DNA of 32,000 nt from Mycobacterium tuberculosis H37Rv (lineage in GTDB: Bacteria > Actinomycetota > Actinomycetes > Mycobacteriales > Mycobacteriaceae), in NCBI RefSeq assembly GCF_000195955.2, contig NC_000962.3, positions 3,840,001 to 3,872,000 of the forward strand, written 5' to 3'. Below, piece by piece: positions 1 through 7,164 of this stretch (the first letter of the stretch is position 1; the number at the start of each line of letters is the position of its first letter). Position numbers and translations under genes: made by a program. The notes under the pieces are model-generated. The model was not told the DNA's origin, did not search any database, and saw only the letters and a program-made list of their open reading frames with translations.

Positions 1-197
1 ATGGCAATACCCTTGGCCAGCACCGTCTTTCCCGCACCGAGCGGACCGGAGAGCACCACCACGTCGCCAGCGCACAGCTGCTCACCCAGCCGGGACCCCA
101 GCGTTAGGGTGTCCTCGACGCGCGGCAGCGTCGCCGTGCCGCCGCCCGTAAGCCCAGCCCTGGCTTTCGGTCGTCTGCGGATACCCTCACGGCTCAA
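1..197 (-). CDS. tsaE: tRNA t6A37 biosynthesis ATPase TsaE (YjeE family), 5' part; gene runs off the left edge
   Basis: My hand translation of the minus strand gives (L)[64 protein letters not shown], open to position 1. It contains the P-loop GPLGAGKT. The only in-frame start candidate is TTG at 195-197, which overlaps the alr stop (TTGA). The plus-strand ORF 1..228 in the track is its antisense shadow. Confidence 0.75.
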   Translation of the reverse strand, partial: MSREGIRRRPKARAGLTGGGTATLPRVEDTLTLGSRLGEQLCAGDVVVLSGPLGAGKTVLAKGIA

Positions 198-1420
198 CGG
201 TTTTCAGCCTCGCGATAGGTCCTGGTGATACGTCCTCGCGGGCTGGTGACCACTTCGTAGTGGATGGTGCCGACAAGATCGGCCCAGTCCTGAGCCGTGG
301 GCTCACCCCGGATGCCCGGCCCGAACAAAATCGCCTCGTCGCCTTCGGCCACATCAAGCGGCCCGGGGCCCAGGTCGACCATGAACTGGTCCATGCAGAT
401 CCGCCCCACACCGGGGCATCGTCTGCCGTTGATCAGCACCTCCAGCCGCCCGCCCAGCGACCGGAACACGCCGTCTGCGTAACCGATCGGCAGCAGCGCC
501 AGATTGGTGTCGCGTGGCGCGATCCATGTGTGCCCATACGACACGCCCTCCCCCGCACGAATCGATTTCACCAGCGCAACAGCACATTTCACGGTCATCG
601 CCGGCACCAGCCCCATGTCACCGAGGGCGGGTACCGGGCTTAGCCCATACACCGCGATGCCCGGCCGCACCAGGTCGAACGTCAGGTCGGGGCGCGCCAT
701 AGTTGCTGATGAGTTCGATAGATGCGCCACCTCGAACCGCACCCCTTGTTCGCGGGCCTGCGCCAGAAAGGCGGTAAACCGTTGGGCCTGAACATCGTTG
801 ATGGAATCGTCAGGCTTGTCGGCGTAAACCATATGCGACATCAGCCCCCGCAGCCGGACGGCGTCCTCGGCCATGGCTTGGCGTAACGCGGTCAGCATGG
901 CCGGGAATTGTGCCGGTCCCACGCCATTGCGGTTCAGCCCGGTATCCACCTTGACGGTCACCGTCGCCGTCCGGCCGGTCCGGCGCACCGCGTGCAACAG
1001 TTCGTCGAGTTGGCGCAGCGAGGACACCGCGACCTGCACGTCGGCCAGCAGCGCGGGCCCGAAGTCGATGCCGGGCGGATGCAGCCAGGCCAGCACCGGT
1101 GCGGTAATGCCATCAGCGCGCAGCGCTAGCGCCTCGTCGACGGTGGCGACGCCGAGTTCGGCCGCACCGGCTCCCAGGGCGGTTTGGGCGACGCGCGTAG
1201 CACCGTGACCGTAGCCGTCGGCCTTGACCACCGCCATCAGCTGCGCGTGGCCGGCGTGCTCACGCAGCACCCGCACGTTGTGTTCAATAGCGCCCAGATC
1301 CACCATGGCCTCGGCGAGGAGGCCAGGTGTCTGGGATATCGGTGTCATGGCCAACGAAGTCGTGCCCCGCCCATCTGTCGTGTCGTTTGGCTTTCCGACA
1401 TTCTCCCAGAACCGTTTCAC
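194..1420 (-). CDS. alr: alanine racemase
   Basis: 408-aa ORF with the PLP-lysine motif [11 protein letters not shown] and an alanine-racemase-like C-terminus. An internal ATG at 1346-1348 ([11 protein letters not shown]...) would give 384 aa and may be the true start. Confidence 0.95.
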   Translation of the reverse strand: MKRFWENVGKPNDTTDGRGTTSLAMTPISQTPGLLAEAMVDLGAIEHNVRVLREHAGHAQLMAVVKADGYGHGATRVAQTALGAGAAELGVATVDEALALRADGITAPVLAWLHPPGIDFGPALLADVQVAVSSLRQLDELLHAVRRTGRTATVTVKVDTGLNRNGVGPAQFPAMLTALRQAMAEDAVRLRGLMSHMVYADKPDDSINDVQAQRFTAFLAQAREQGVRFEVAHLSNSSATMARPDLTFDLVRPGIAVYGLSPVPALGDMGLVPAMTVKCAVALVKSIRAGEGVSYGHTWIAPRDTNLALLPIGYADGVFRSLGGRLEVLINGRRCPGVGRICMDQFMVDLGPGPLDVAEGDEAILFGPGIRGEPTAQDWADLVGTIHYEVVTSPRGRITRTYREAENR

Positions 1421-1713
1421 TGAGCAGTATTCCGGCCTGTGCCCGATTGCCCCGGGTCGCGGTGCTGGGCTGCAGCCGTGTCGGCGTGACTGTCCTGTGG
1501 CTCGGTGGTTGGTTGCCGATCACCCGGTGTTTGGCTCAGATTGCCGGTGCCGCATGATGGTTGGCGTCAATAGAGTGCGGATCGGCCGGCATGAATTGAC
1601 GGGAGCGTAGCTTGACCGCGGCCCATCACCCGTGGCAGGAAACAGTTGCAGTGTGTACTATTCGCCCTAGACTGCCGCAGTTCCGGGGGAAGTGAACCTA
1701 TTGCGCCCGTGCA

Positions 1714-2076
1714 TCACTGCACGGGTATGGGCTTTGGCGGTCGCTTCGCACCATCAACGCCGACAGTGCGGACAGCGCAAACCGACGGCACACCCCTTGC
1801 ACGGATGTGGGGTGTTTTTGAGATGGAGCGAAAGTAGGCGTGTCTTTTATTTTCACAACCCCCCAGGCATTGGACAACGCGGCTAAGTCCGTGTCGGGGA
1901 TTCACGATTTGTGGCGCAAAGGACGCTAAGGCATCGATCCCGGTGGTCAACGCTATTTGAGCCCCCCGCTTCCGACCCGGTGTCGAATAGGGATGAGGCC
2001 GCTCCTCCGCCAGCACATGAGGCAGTATCACCAGATCAGCTTTCCGGCCATAGAGCATCGTCACCGGGTTAGGCAT
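1714..2076 (-). CDS. hypothetical 120-aa ORF (Rv3424c-type); probably not a real gene
   Basis: It is an open frame in the track, but it lies antisense to a recognisable decayed PE gene (1840-2153). It recurs as a shortened 106-aa ORF in the second repeat copy (6682-7002). I recognised no motifs in it. Confidence 0.25.
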   Translation of the reverse strand: MPNPVTMLYGRKADLVILPHVLAEERPHPYSTPGRKRGAQIALTTGIDALASFAPQIVNPRHGLSRVVQCLGGCENKRHAYFRSISKTPHIRARGVPSVCAVRTVGVDGAKRPPKPIPVQ

Positions 2077-2153
2077 GGTTTAGGCAGCGCTTAGCTGAGA
2101 ACGCCGAGGCGTGTCGGCTCGCCGAGGCCCAAAACAGCACAACCTTGCACTGA
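1840..2153 (+). pseudogene. PE family gene remnant (frame-disrupted)
   Basis: GTG at 1840 follows GGAGCGAAAG and translates to VSFIFTTPQALDNAAKSVSGIHDLW, then a stop at 1927-1929. The PE N-terminal consensus is MSFVxxxPExLxxAAxxLxxIGS. In a shifted frame, PLLRQHMRQYHQISFPA resembles ALFSGHAQAYQALSAQA. A third frame reads AENAEACRLAEAQNSTTLH, ending in a stop at 2151-2153. The total span of about 104 codons is the size of a PE domain. Confidence 0.7.
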
Positions 2154-2238
2154 TCTAGCTGAAGACCAAACCGGCACAGCAGACATTGCCATACGCGACA
2201 ACAGCCGTCATCAACCGAAAGGAGCAAAGAACAAACAG

Positions 2239-2769
2239 ATGCATCCAATGATACCAGCGGAGTATATCTCCAACATAATATATGAAGGCCCGGGCGCTGA
2301 CTCATTGTTTTTCGCCTCCGGGCAATTGCGAGAATTGGCTTACTCAGTTGAAACGACGGCTGAGTCGCTCGAGGACGAGCTCGACGAGCTGGATGAGAAC
2401 TGGAAAGGTAGTTCGTCGGACTTGTTGGCCGACGCGGTTGAGCGGTATCTCCAATGGCTGTCTAAACACTCCAGTCAGCTTAAGCATGCCGCCTGGGTGA
2501 TCAACGGCCTCGCGAACGCCTATAACGACACACGTCGGAAGGTGGTACCCCCGGAGGAGATCGCCGCCAACCGCGAGGAGAGGCGCAGGCTGATCGCGAG
2601 CAACGTGGCCGGGGTAAACACTCCAGCAATCGCAGACCTCGATGCACAATACGACCAGTACCGGGCCCGCAATGTCGCTGTAATGAACGCCTATGTAAGT
2701 TGGACCCGATCTGCGCTATCGGATCTGCCCCGGTGGCGGGAACCGCCGCAGATCTACAGGGGCGGGTAG
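2239..2769 (+). CDS. PPE57: PPE family protein, short (PPE domain only), PPE57 type
   Basis: 176-aa ORF preceded by AAAGGAGCAAAG. N-terminus is MHPMIPAEYISNIIYEGPGADSL (PPE-like, with P-A-E in place of P-P-E). It has the WxG-region motif ENWKGSSS. Confidence 0.9.
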   Translation: MHPMIPAEYISNIIYEGPGADSLFFASGQLRELAYSVETTAESLEDELDELDENWKGSSSDLLADAVERYLQWLSKHSSQLKHAAWVINGLANAYNDTRRKVVPPEEIAANREERRRLIASNVAGVNTPAIADLDAQYDQYRARNVAVMNAYVSWTRSALSDLPRWREPPQIYRGG

Positions 2770-2930
2770 GTCCAAGAGGCCGGCGCGGTCTTGCAGGCCA
2801 GCAACAATGCCACGGTCGACCAGGCCCATCGCTTCCGGGCCCGCACGACACACCGCGGTTTCAGATGAATCAGGCGTTTCACACCATGGTGAATATGCTG
2901 CTGATCCGTTTACACGTCAGGTTCGACTGA
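2770..2930 (+). pseudogene. esx (CFP-10-like, EsxJ/QILSS-type) gene remnant
   Basis: Directly after the PPE57 stop, one frame reads VQEAGAVLQASNNAT (compare EsxJ VEDEARRMWASAQNIS). A second frame reads DTPRFQMNQAFHTMVNML (compare EsxJ LDTMTQMNQAFRNIVNML). The frames are broken and the 3' third is missing. The EsxJ sequence is recalled from memory. Confidence 0.6.
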
Positions 2931-2958
2931 TCTAGCTTCAGGTTCGACTGATCTAGCT
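2917..2958 (+). repeat. perfect 21-bp tandem duplication (tcaggttcgactgatctagct x2)
   Basis: Read directly: 2917-2937 equals 2938-2958. It sits where the esx remnant joins the PPE-upstream sequence (actgatctagctgaa), which also follows the PE remnant at 2149-2163. Confidence 0.95.
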
Positions 2959-3035
2959 GAAAACCAAACCGGCACAGCGACATTACCATACCTGACAACA
3001 GCCGTCACCAACCGAAAGGAGCAAAGAACAAGCAG

Positions 3036-3734
3036 ATGCATCTAATGATACCCGCGGAGTATATCTCCAACGTAATATATGAAGGTCCGCGTGCTGACTC
3101 ATTGTATGCCGCCGACCAGCGATTGCGACAATTAGCTGACTCAGTTAGAACGACTGCCGAGTCGCTCAACACCACGCTCGACGAGCTGCACGAGAACTGG
3201 AAAGGTAGTTCATCGGAATGGATGGCCGACGCGGCTTTGCGGTATCTCGACTGGCTGTCTAAACACTCCCGTCAGATTTTGCGAACCGCCCGCGTGATCG
3301 AATCCCTCGTAATGGCCTATGAGGAGACACTTCTGAGGGTGGTACCCCCGGCGACTATCGCCAACAACCGCGAGGAGGTGCGCAGGCTGATCGCGAGCAA
3401 CGTGGCCGGGGGTAAACACTCCAGCAATCGCAGACCTCGAGGCACAATACGAGCAGTACCGGGCCGAAAATATCCAAGCAATGGACCGCTATCTAAGTTG
3501 GACCCGATTTGCGCTATCGAAGCTGCCCCGATGGCGGGAGCCGCCGCAGATCCACAGGAGCGGGTAGGTCCAAGAGGCCGGCGCGGTCTTGCAGGCCAGC
3601 AACAATGCCGCGGTCGACCAGGCCCATCGCTTCGCTGCTCGCACGACACACCGCGGTTTCAGATGAATCAGGCGTTTCACACCATGGTGAACATGTTGCT
3701 GACGTGTTTTGCATGTCAGGAGAAACCGAGATGA
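3036..3734 (+). CDS. PPE58: PPE family protein PPE58 type, C-terminal third out of frame (frameshifted)
   Basis: 232-aa ORF. Residues 1-125 are PPE-like. After a G5 run (3408-3412; paralogues have G4) the frame changes and reads through the downstream esx remnant (..FQMNQAFHTMVNMLLTCFACQEKPR). Removing one G restores VNTPAIADLEAQYEQYRAENIQAMDRYLSWTRFALSKLPRWREPPQIHRSG, with a stop at 3565-3567. Confidence 0.85.
   Translation: MHLMIPAEYISNVIYEGPRADSLYAADQRLRQLADSVRTTAESLNTTLDELHENWKGSSSEWMADAALRYLDWLSKHSRQILRTARVIESLVMAYEETLLRVVPPATIANNREEVRRLIASNVAGGKHSSNRRPRGTIRAVPGRKYPSNGPLSKLDPICAIEAAPMAGAAADPQERVGPRGRRGLAGQQQCRGRPGPSLRCSHDTPRFQMNQAFHTMVNMLLTCFACQEKPR
3568..3734 (+). pseudogene. second esx (EsxJ/QILSS-type) remnant, now fused into the PPE58 reading frame
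   Basis: Nearly the same sequence as 2770-2905 (gtccaagaggccggcgcggtcttgcaggcc...cagatgaatcaggcgtttcacaccatggtgaa). Confidence 0.6.
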
Positions 3735-3789
3735 CGATCAACAACCAGGTGAGCGACGCTGACACCCACGGCGCCACCACCGGCGCCCC
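3731..3789 (+). pseudogene. 5' fragment of an ESAT-6-like (EsxN/EsxI, Mtb9.9-type) gene, cut by IS1532
   Basis: AGGAGAAACCGAG-ATG, then MTINNQVSDADTHGATTGAP. The recalled EsxN N-terminus is MTINYQFGDVDAHGAMIRAQ. The homology stops exactly at the IS end (3790). Confidence 0.7.
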
Positions 3790-3799
3790 TGTCGACCGC

Positions 3800-3840
3800 C
3801 ACGTAATTCCCCAGGGGTTGGCGTCACGTAATTCCCCAGG
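3800..3840. repeat. IS21-type terminal sub-repeats, istB-distal end (2 copies of cacgtaattccccagg)
   Basis: Copies at 3800-3815 and 3825-3840, read directly. Confidence 0.9.
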
Positions 3841-3884
3841 TGTGTGCCTCAGTGGTAGGTCTTAGCGGCCCGTGTGGGCGTTGT

Positions 3885-4640
3885 CTAGCTGGTGGTGCGG
3901 CCGGGTCTCTTGCGGGGTCGGTAGCTGGGTCCGTCCATGAGGATTTGGTGGCTGGTGTTGATGAGCCGATCCAGGAGTGATTCGGCGACGACGGGGTTGG
4001 GGAACAGGCCGTACCAGTTATTCGGTGCGCGGTTGCTGGTCAAGATCAGCGGTTTGCCAGTGATGGCGCGGTCGCTGATGAGCTCGTAGAGGTCATCAGC
4101 GTGCATGGCGGTGTGCTCACGCATCGCGAAGTCGTCCAGAATGAGCACGAGCGGCTTGGTGTATTCGCGGATGCGTTGGCCCCAGGATCGGTCGGCGTGC
4201 CCGCCGGCGAGGTCGGAGAGCATGCGGGAGGTTTTGGCGAAGCGCACGTCGCCGCCGCGGCGGGCCACGGCGTGGACAAGTGCTTGTGCTACATGGGTTT
4301 TTCCGACGCCGACCGGGCCGTGGAGGATGACCGATTCGCCGGCATCCAGCCAGCGCAGCGCGGCCAGATCGCGCAACATCGCACCGGGCAGTTTCGGGTT
4401 GGCAGTGAAGTCGAAGTCTTCGAAGGTGGCTTGGGCTTCGAACTTGGCGCGGCGTAATCGTCGTGTCAGGGCGGCGGACTCGCGGCGGGCGATCTCGTCT
4501 TCACGCAACGCTTGCAGGAATTCCAGATGCCCCAGGTCGCCGTTGCGGGTTTGGGCCAGGCGGGCGTCGAGGGTGTCGAGCATGCCGGACAGTTTCAGGG
4601 TACGTAGCGCATTACGCAGCGCCGGATCACAGATAGACAT
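3885..4640 (-). CDS. istB: IS21-family transposition helper ATPase IstB
   Basis: Start taken at ATG 4638-4640 (MSICDPALRNALRTLKLSGMLDTL...), preceded by AAGGAGAAGC. Walker A is GPVGVGKTHV and Walker B is LILDDF. The 312-aa track ORF is an upstream extension. Confidence 0.9.
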   Translation of the reverse strand: MSICDPALRNALRTLKLSGMLDTLDARLAQTRNGDLGHLEFLQALREDEIARRESAALTRRLRRAKFEAQATFEDFDFTANPKLPGAMLRDLAALRWLDAGESVILHGPVGVGKTHVAQALVHAVARRGGDVRFAKTSRMLSDLAGGHADRSWGQRIREYTKPLVLILDDFAMREHTAMHADDLYELISDRAITGKPLILTSNRAPNNWYGLFPNPVVAESLLDRLINTSHQILMDGPSYRPRKRPGRTTS

Positions 4641-4737
4641 GGATGCTTCTCCTTGAGAATAGCGATGTGGATTGTGTCGGGATGGTTCGGGATTCCGCTG
4701 TGAGATCAGGCGACGGGGTGTGTCGGTGCCGAACTGT

Positions 4738-5970
4738 TCAGGGCCGCGCAGGAACGCCCCCAGCGGTGCTTGCCGGACTACTGGTGGTCGGCTCGTTGGC
4801 GGCGTGTTCGGTGCCGGCAACAAGGATGCCCTTGATGGTGCGATAGCTCGGGTCGCCGACCTCGATGGCGCGGGCGCAGGCGGCCTCCAGCCGGTCGCAG
4901 CCGTGTTTGTCGCGTAGCCCGAGCACGCCTTGGGCCGACCGTAGGTGGTGGATGGCGTTGTCGCGCATGAATTCGGCGATCACTTGCTGGCTGGCTGGGC
5001 CGACCAGTTCGGCGGTGTGTCGACACCAGGTCGGGGTGCGCATGTGGAAGGCGATCTTCTCCGGTGGGTAGTGGGAGAAGTCGGTGGAGCGCCCGCTGGG
5101 TCGGCGCACATGGGTGGCCACCACATCGTTGCCGGCGAAGATCTGCACCACATCACCGGCGGTGCGCGCGTGCAGGCGTTGCCCGATCAGCCGCCACGGC
5201 ACGGAATAGAGTGCCTTGCCAACTTTGAGGTGCGTGTCCACCCCGACGGTGCCGATCGACCAGCTGGTGAGTTCAAATGCCCTGGGCGGCAATGCGATCA
5301 ACGCTTGTTGCTCCACAGCTTCGAACATCCGCAGGGGTTGGGCGCCCTCCAAGGCACGTAAGTACCGAAGCCCGGCCACTTCGGTGCTCCAGGTGACCGC
5401 CGCCTGCTGCATCTGGGCCAGCGAATCGAACTCGCGGCCTTTCCAAAACGAGTCCCGCACATAGGTCATCGGCCGCTCCACGCGGGGTTTATCTTTGGGT
5501 TTTCTGGCGCGGGCCGGGTCGACCAGCGTGGCGTAGTGGCTGGCCAGCTCGGCGTAGGAGCGGTTGATCTGCGGGTCGTACAGGTCGGGCTTGTCCACCC
5601 CGGTCCTGAGGTTGTCACACACTAGCCGCGCCGGCACCCCGTCGAAGAATTCGAATGCGGCGACATGGCAAGCACACCAAGCGGTTTGGTCCATCCGGAT
5701 GACCGGACGCACGAACAGGTGTCGGGAGAACGCCAGCACCATCACGAACGCCCACACCGCGACCCGGCGCGCGGTGGCCGGGTCGAACCACATGCCCAGC
5801 CGCCCGTAATCGATCTGCGCCTCACTACCCGCATCGACCGGTCCGCGCGGCACCGTGACTCTCTCGCGGGCCACCTCCTCGGCGAAATGCGTTGCGATCC
5901 AACGCCTCACCGACGACTCCGACGCCGCCACCCCGTGGTCGTCACGCAGCCGTTGGGCTATCGTGGCCAC
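4738..5970 (-). CDS. istA: IS21-family transposase IstA, catalytic part (lacks first HTH because of a frame break)
   Basis: 410-aa ORF starting at GTG. It has an HTH-like stretch, ATIAQRLRDDHGVAASESSVRRWI, followed by an integrase-type core. Its frame stays open upstream to 6075. Confidence 0.85.
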   Translation of the reverse strand: MATIAQRLRDDHGVAASESSVRRWIATHFAEEVARERVTVPRGPVDAGSEAQIDYGRLGMWFDPATARRVAVWAFVMVLAFSRHLFVRPVIRMDQTAWCACHVAAFEFFDGVPARLVCDNLRTGVDKPDLYDPQINRSYAELASHYATLVDPARARKPKDKPRVERPMTYVRDSFWKGREFDSLAQMQQAAVTWSTEVAGLRYLRALEGAQPLRMFEAVEQQALIALPPRAFELTSWSIGTVGVDTHLKVGKALYSVPWRLIGQRLHARTAGDVVQIFAGNDVVATHVRRPSGRSTDFSHYPPEKIAFHMRTPTWCRHTAELVGPASQQVIAEFMRDNAIHHLRSAQGVLGLRDKHGCDRLEAACARAIEVGDPSYRTIKGILVAGTEHAANEPTTSSPASTAGGVPARP

Positions 5971-6052
5971 CGTGACATCGGCATCCAGCCAGTCCTTGAT
6001 CCGATCATGATGCGGCGCGATCAGCGGCCACGTCGACGCCCGCGCCGCCGGA

Positions 6053-6250
6053 TCATTCAGGAAACCACCCGCCGATCAACTCCGCCCACTGCTCGGCGCT
6101 CAGCGGCTCCCCACCGGGCTCGATACCGGCGGCGATCGCCGGCGCCGTATATTTGCGGACCGTCTTGCGATCGATGCCCAGCGACTCCGATAACCGGACC
6201 TGAGAGCGGCCCGCGTGCCAGTGGGTCAACAACTCGACCAAATCGAGCAT
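6053..6250 (-). pseudogene. istA: detached N-terminal HTH segment of IstA
   Basis: ATG 6248-6250 is preceded by GGAGAAG. Translation is MLDLVELLTHWHAGRSQVRLSESLGIDRKTVRKYTAPAIAAGIEPGG..WFPE, then stop. The main istA frame is +1 relative to it and overlaps it in 6053-6075. Confidence 0.7.
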
Positions 6251-6353
6251 CAAGATACTTCTCCTCGCCATCAGCGCCCTTCCATCCGTCAGCCGACGGA
6301 TGCAGAGCGAACCTTGCAGCAAGGCCCACACCGGGCAGACACACCGCCCATGG

Positions 6354-6425
6354 TGGGGAATTACGTGACAGCCGGGGTGGGGAATTACGTGACGGACAAC
6401 CCCTCAAACCTGGGGAAATACGTGA
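6354..6425. repeat. IS21-type terminal sub-repeats, istA-proximal end (3 copies of tggggaa(t/a)tacgtga)
   Basis: Copies at 6354-6368, 6378-6392 and 6411-6425. They are the inverse of the repeats at 3800-3840. Confidence 0.9.
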
Positions 6426-6765
6426 CCGCTGACACACAGGTATTGACAATTGCTCATTCAGGCTCAAATTGCCTGTGCCGCATGATGGTTGGCGTTAAAG
6501 CGTGAGGACCTGCCGGATGAATTGACGGGAGCGTAGCTGTGACCGCGGTCCCGTCACCCGTGGCAGGAAACAGTTGCAGTGTGTACTATCCGCCCTAGAC
6601 TGCCGCAGTTCCGGGGGAAGTGAACCTATTGCGCCCGTGCATCACTGCACGGGTATGGGCTTTGGCAGTCGCTTCGCACCATCAACACCGACAGTGCGAC
6701 AGCACAAACCGACGGCACACCCCTTGCACGGATGCGGGGTGTCTTTGAGAGGGAGCGAAGTAGCC

Positions 6766-7079
6766 GTGTCTTTTATCTTCACAACCCCCCAGGCACTGGA
6801 CAACGCGGCTAAGTCCGTGTCGGGGATTCACGATTTGTGGCGCAAAGGACGCTAAGGCATCGATCCCGGTGGTCAACGCTATTTGAGCCCCCCGCTTCCG
6901 ACCCGGTGTCGAATAGGGATGAGGCCGCTCCTCCGCCAGCACATGAGGCAGTATCACCAGATCAGCTTTCCGGCCATAGAGCATCGTCACCGGGTTAGGC
7001 ATGGTTTAGGCAGCGCTTAGCTGAGAACGCCGAGGCGTGTCGGCTCGCCGAGGCCCAAAACAGCACAACCTTGCACTGA
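6766..7079 (+). pseudogene. PE family gene remnant, second copy
   Basis: GTG at 6766 gives VSFIFTTPQALDNAAKSVSGIHDLWRKGR, then a stop at 6853-6855. The remainder is identical to copy 1. The antisense ORF 6682-7002 mirrors the Rv3424c-type ORF. Confidence 0.7.
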
Positions 7080-7164
7080 TCTAGCTGAAGACCAAACCGG
7101 CACAGCAGACATTGCCATACGCGACAACAGCCGTCATCAACCGAAAGGAGCAAAGAACAAACAG

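Larger units (their letters stand above)
1533..2769 (+). repeat. segmental duplication, copy 1 (upstream spacer, PE remnant, PPE gene)
   Basis: Aligns by eye with 6461-7701 at an offset of 4926-4928 bp. The stretch 1871-2288 is identical base for base to 6797-7214. Confidence 0.9.
3790..6434 (-). mobile_element. IS21-family insertion sequence (IS1532 type), about 2.65 kb
   Basis: Carries istA plus istB. The ends are inverted: TGTCGACCGCCACGTAATTCCCCAGG (3790 onward) versus TGTCAGCGGTCACGTATTTCCCCAGG (reverse complement ending at 6434). There are multiple internal terminal sub-repeats. The exact ends are uncertain by a few bp. Confidence 0.85.

Noticed and set aside
1-228. Plus-strand 75-aa ORF at the window start
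   Set aside because: It is the antisense shadow of tsaE, whose P-loop (GPLGAGKT) is clear on the minus strand.
1421-1532. Region between alr and the first repeat, examined as a possible promoter or regulatory element
   Set aside because: I could not pick out convincing -10/-35 boxes or structure by eye.
1706-1725. Hairpin cccgtgca-tcac-tgcacggg in the spacer upstream of the PE remnant (also present in copy 2 near 6634-6653)
   Set aside because: It is small and could arise by chance in GC-rich DNA. No flanking features suggest a terminator or riboswitch.
2695-2769. Possibility that the esxJ-like homology starts inside the 3' end of the PPE ORFs (gacccg..ggcggg.. resembling the EsxJ 5' region)
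   Set aside because: The nucleotide resemblance needs about 13 nt of indels and relies on my recalled esxJ sequence. It is too weak to claim without an alignment.
3800-6425. Short spaced repeats (cacgtaattccccagg / tggggaattacgtga) considered as a possible CRISPR-like array
   Set aside because: There are only 2 and 3 copies, in inverted orientation at the two ends of an istA/istB element. These are IS21-family terminal multi-repeats.
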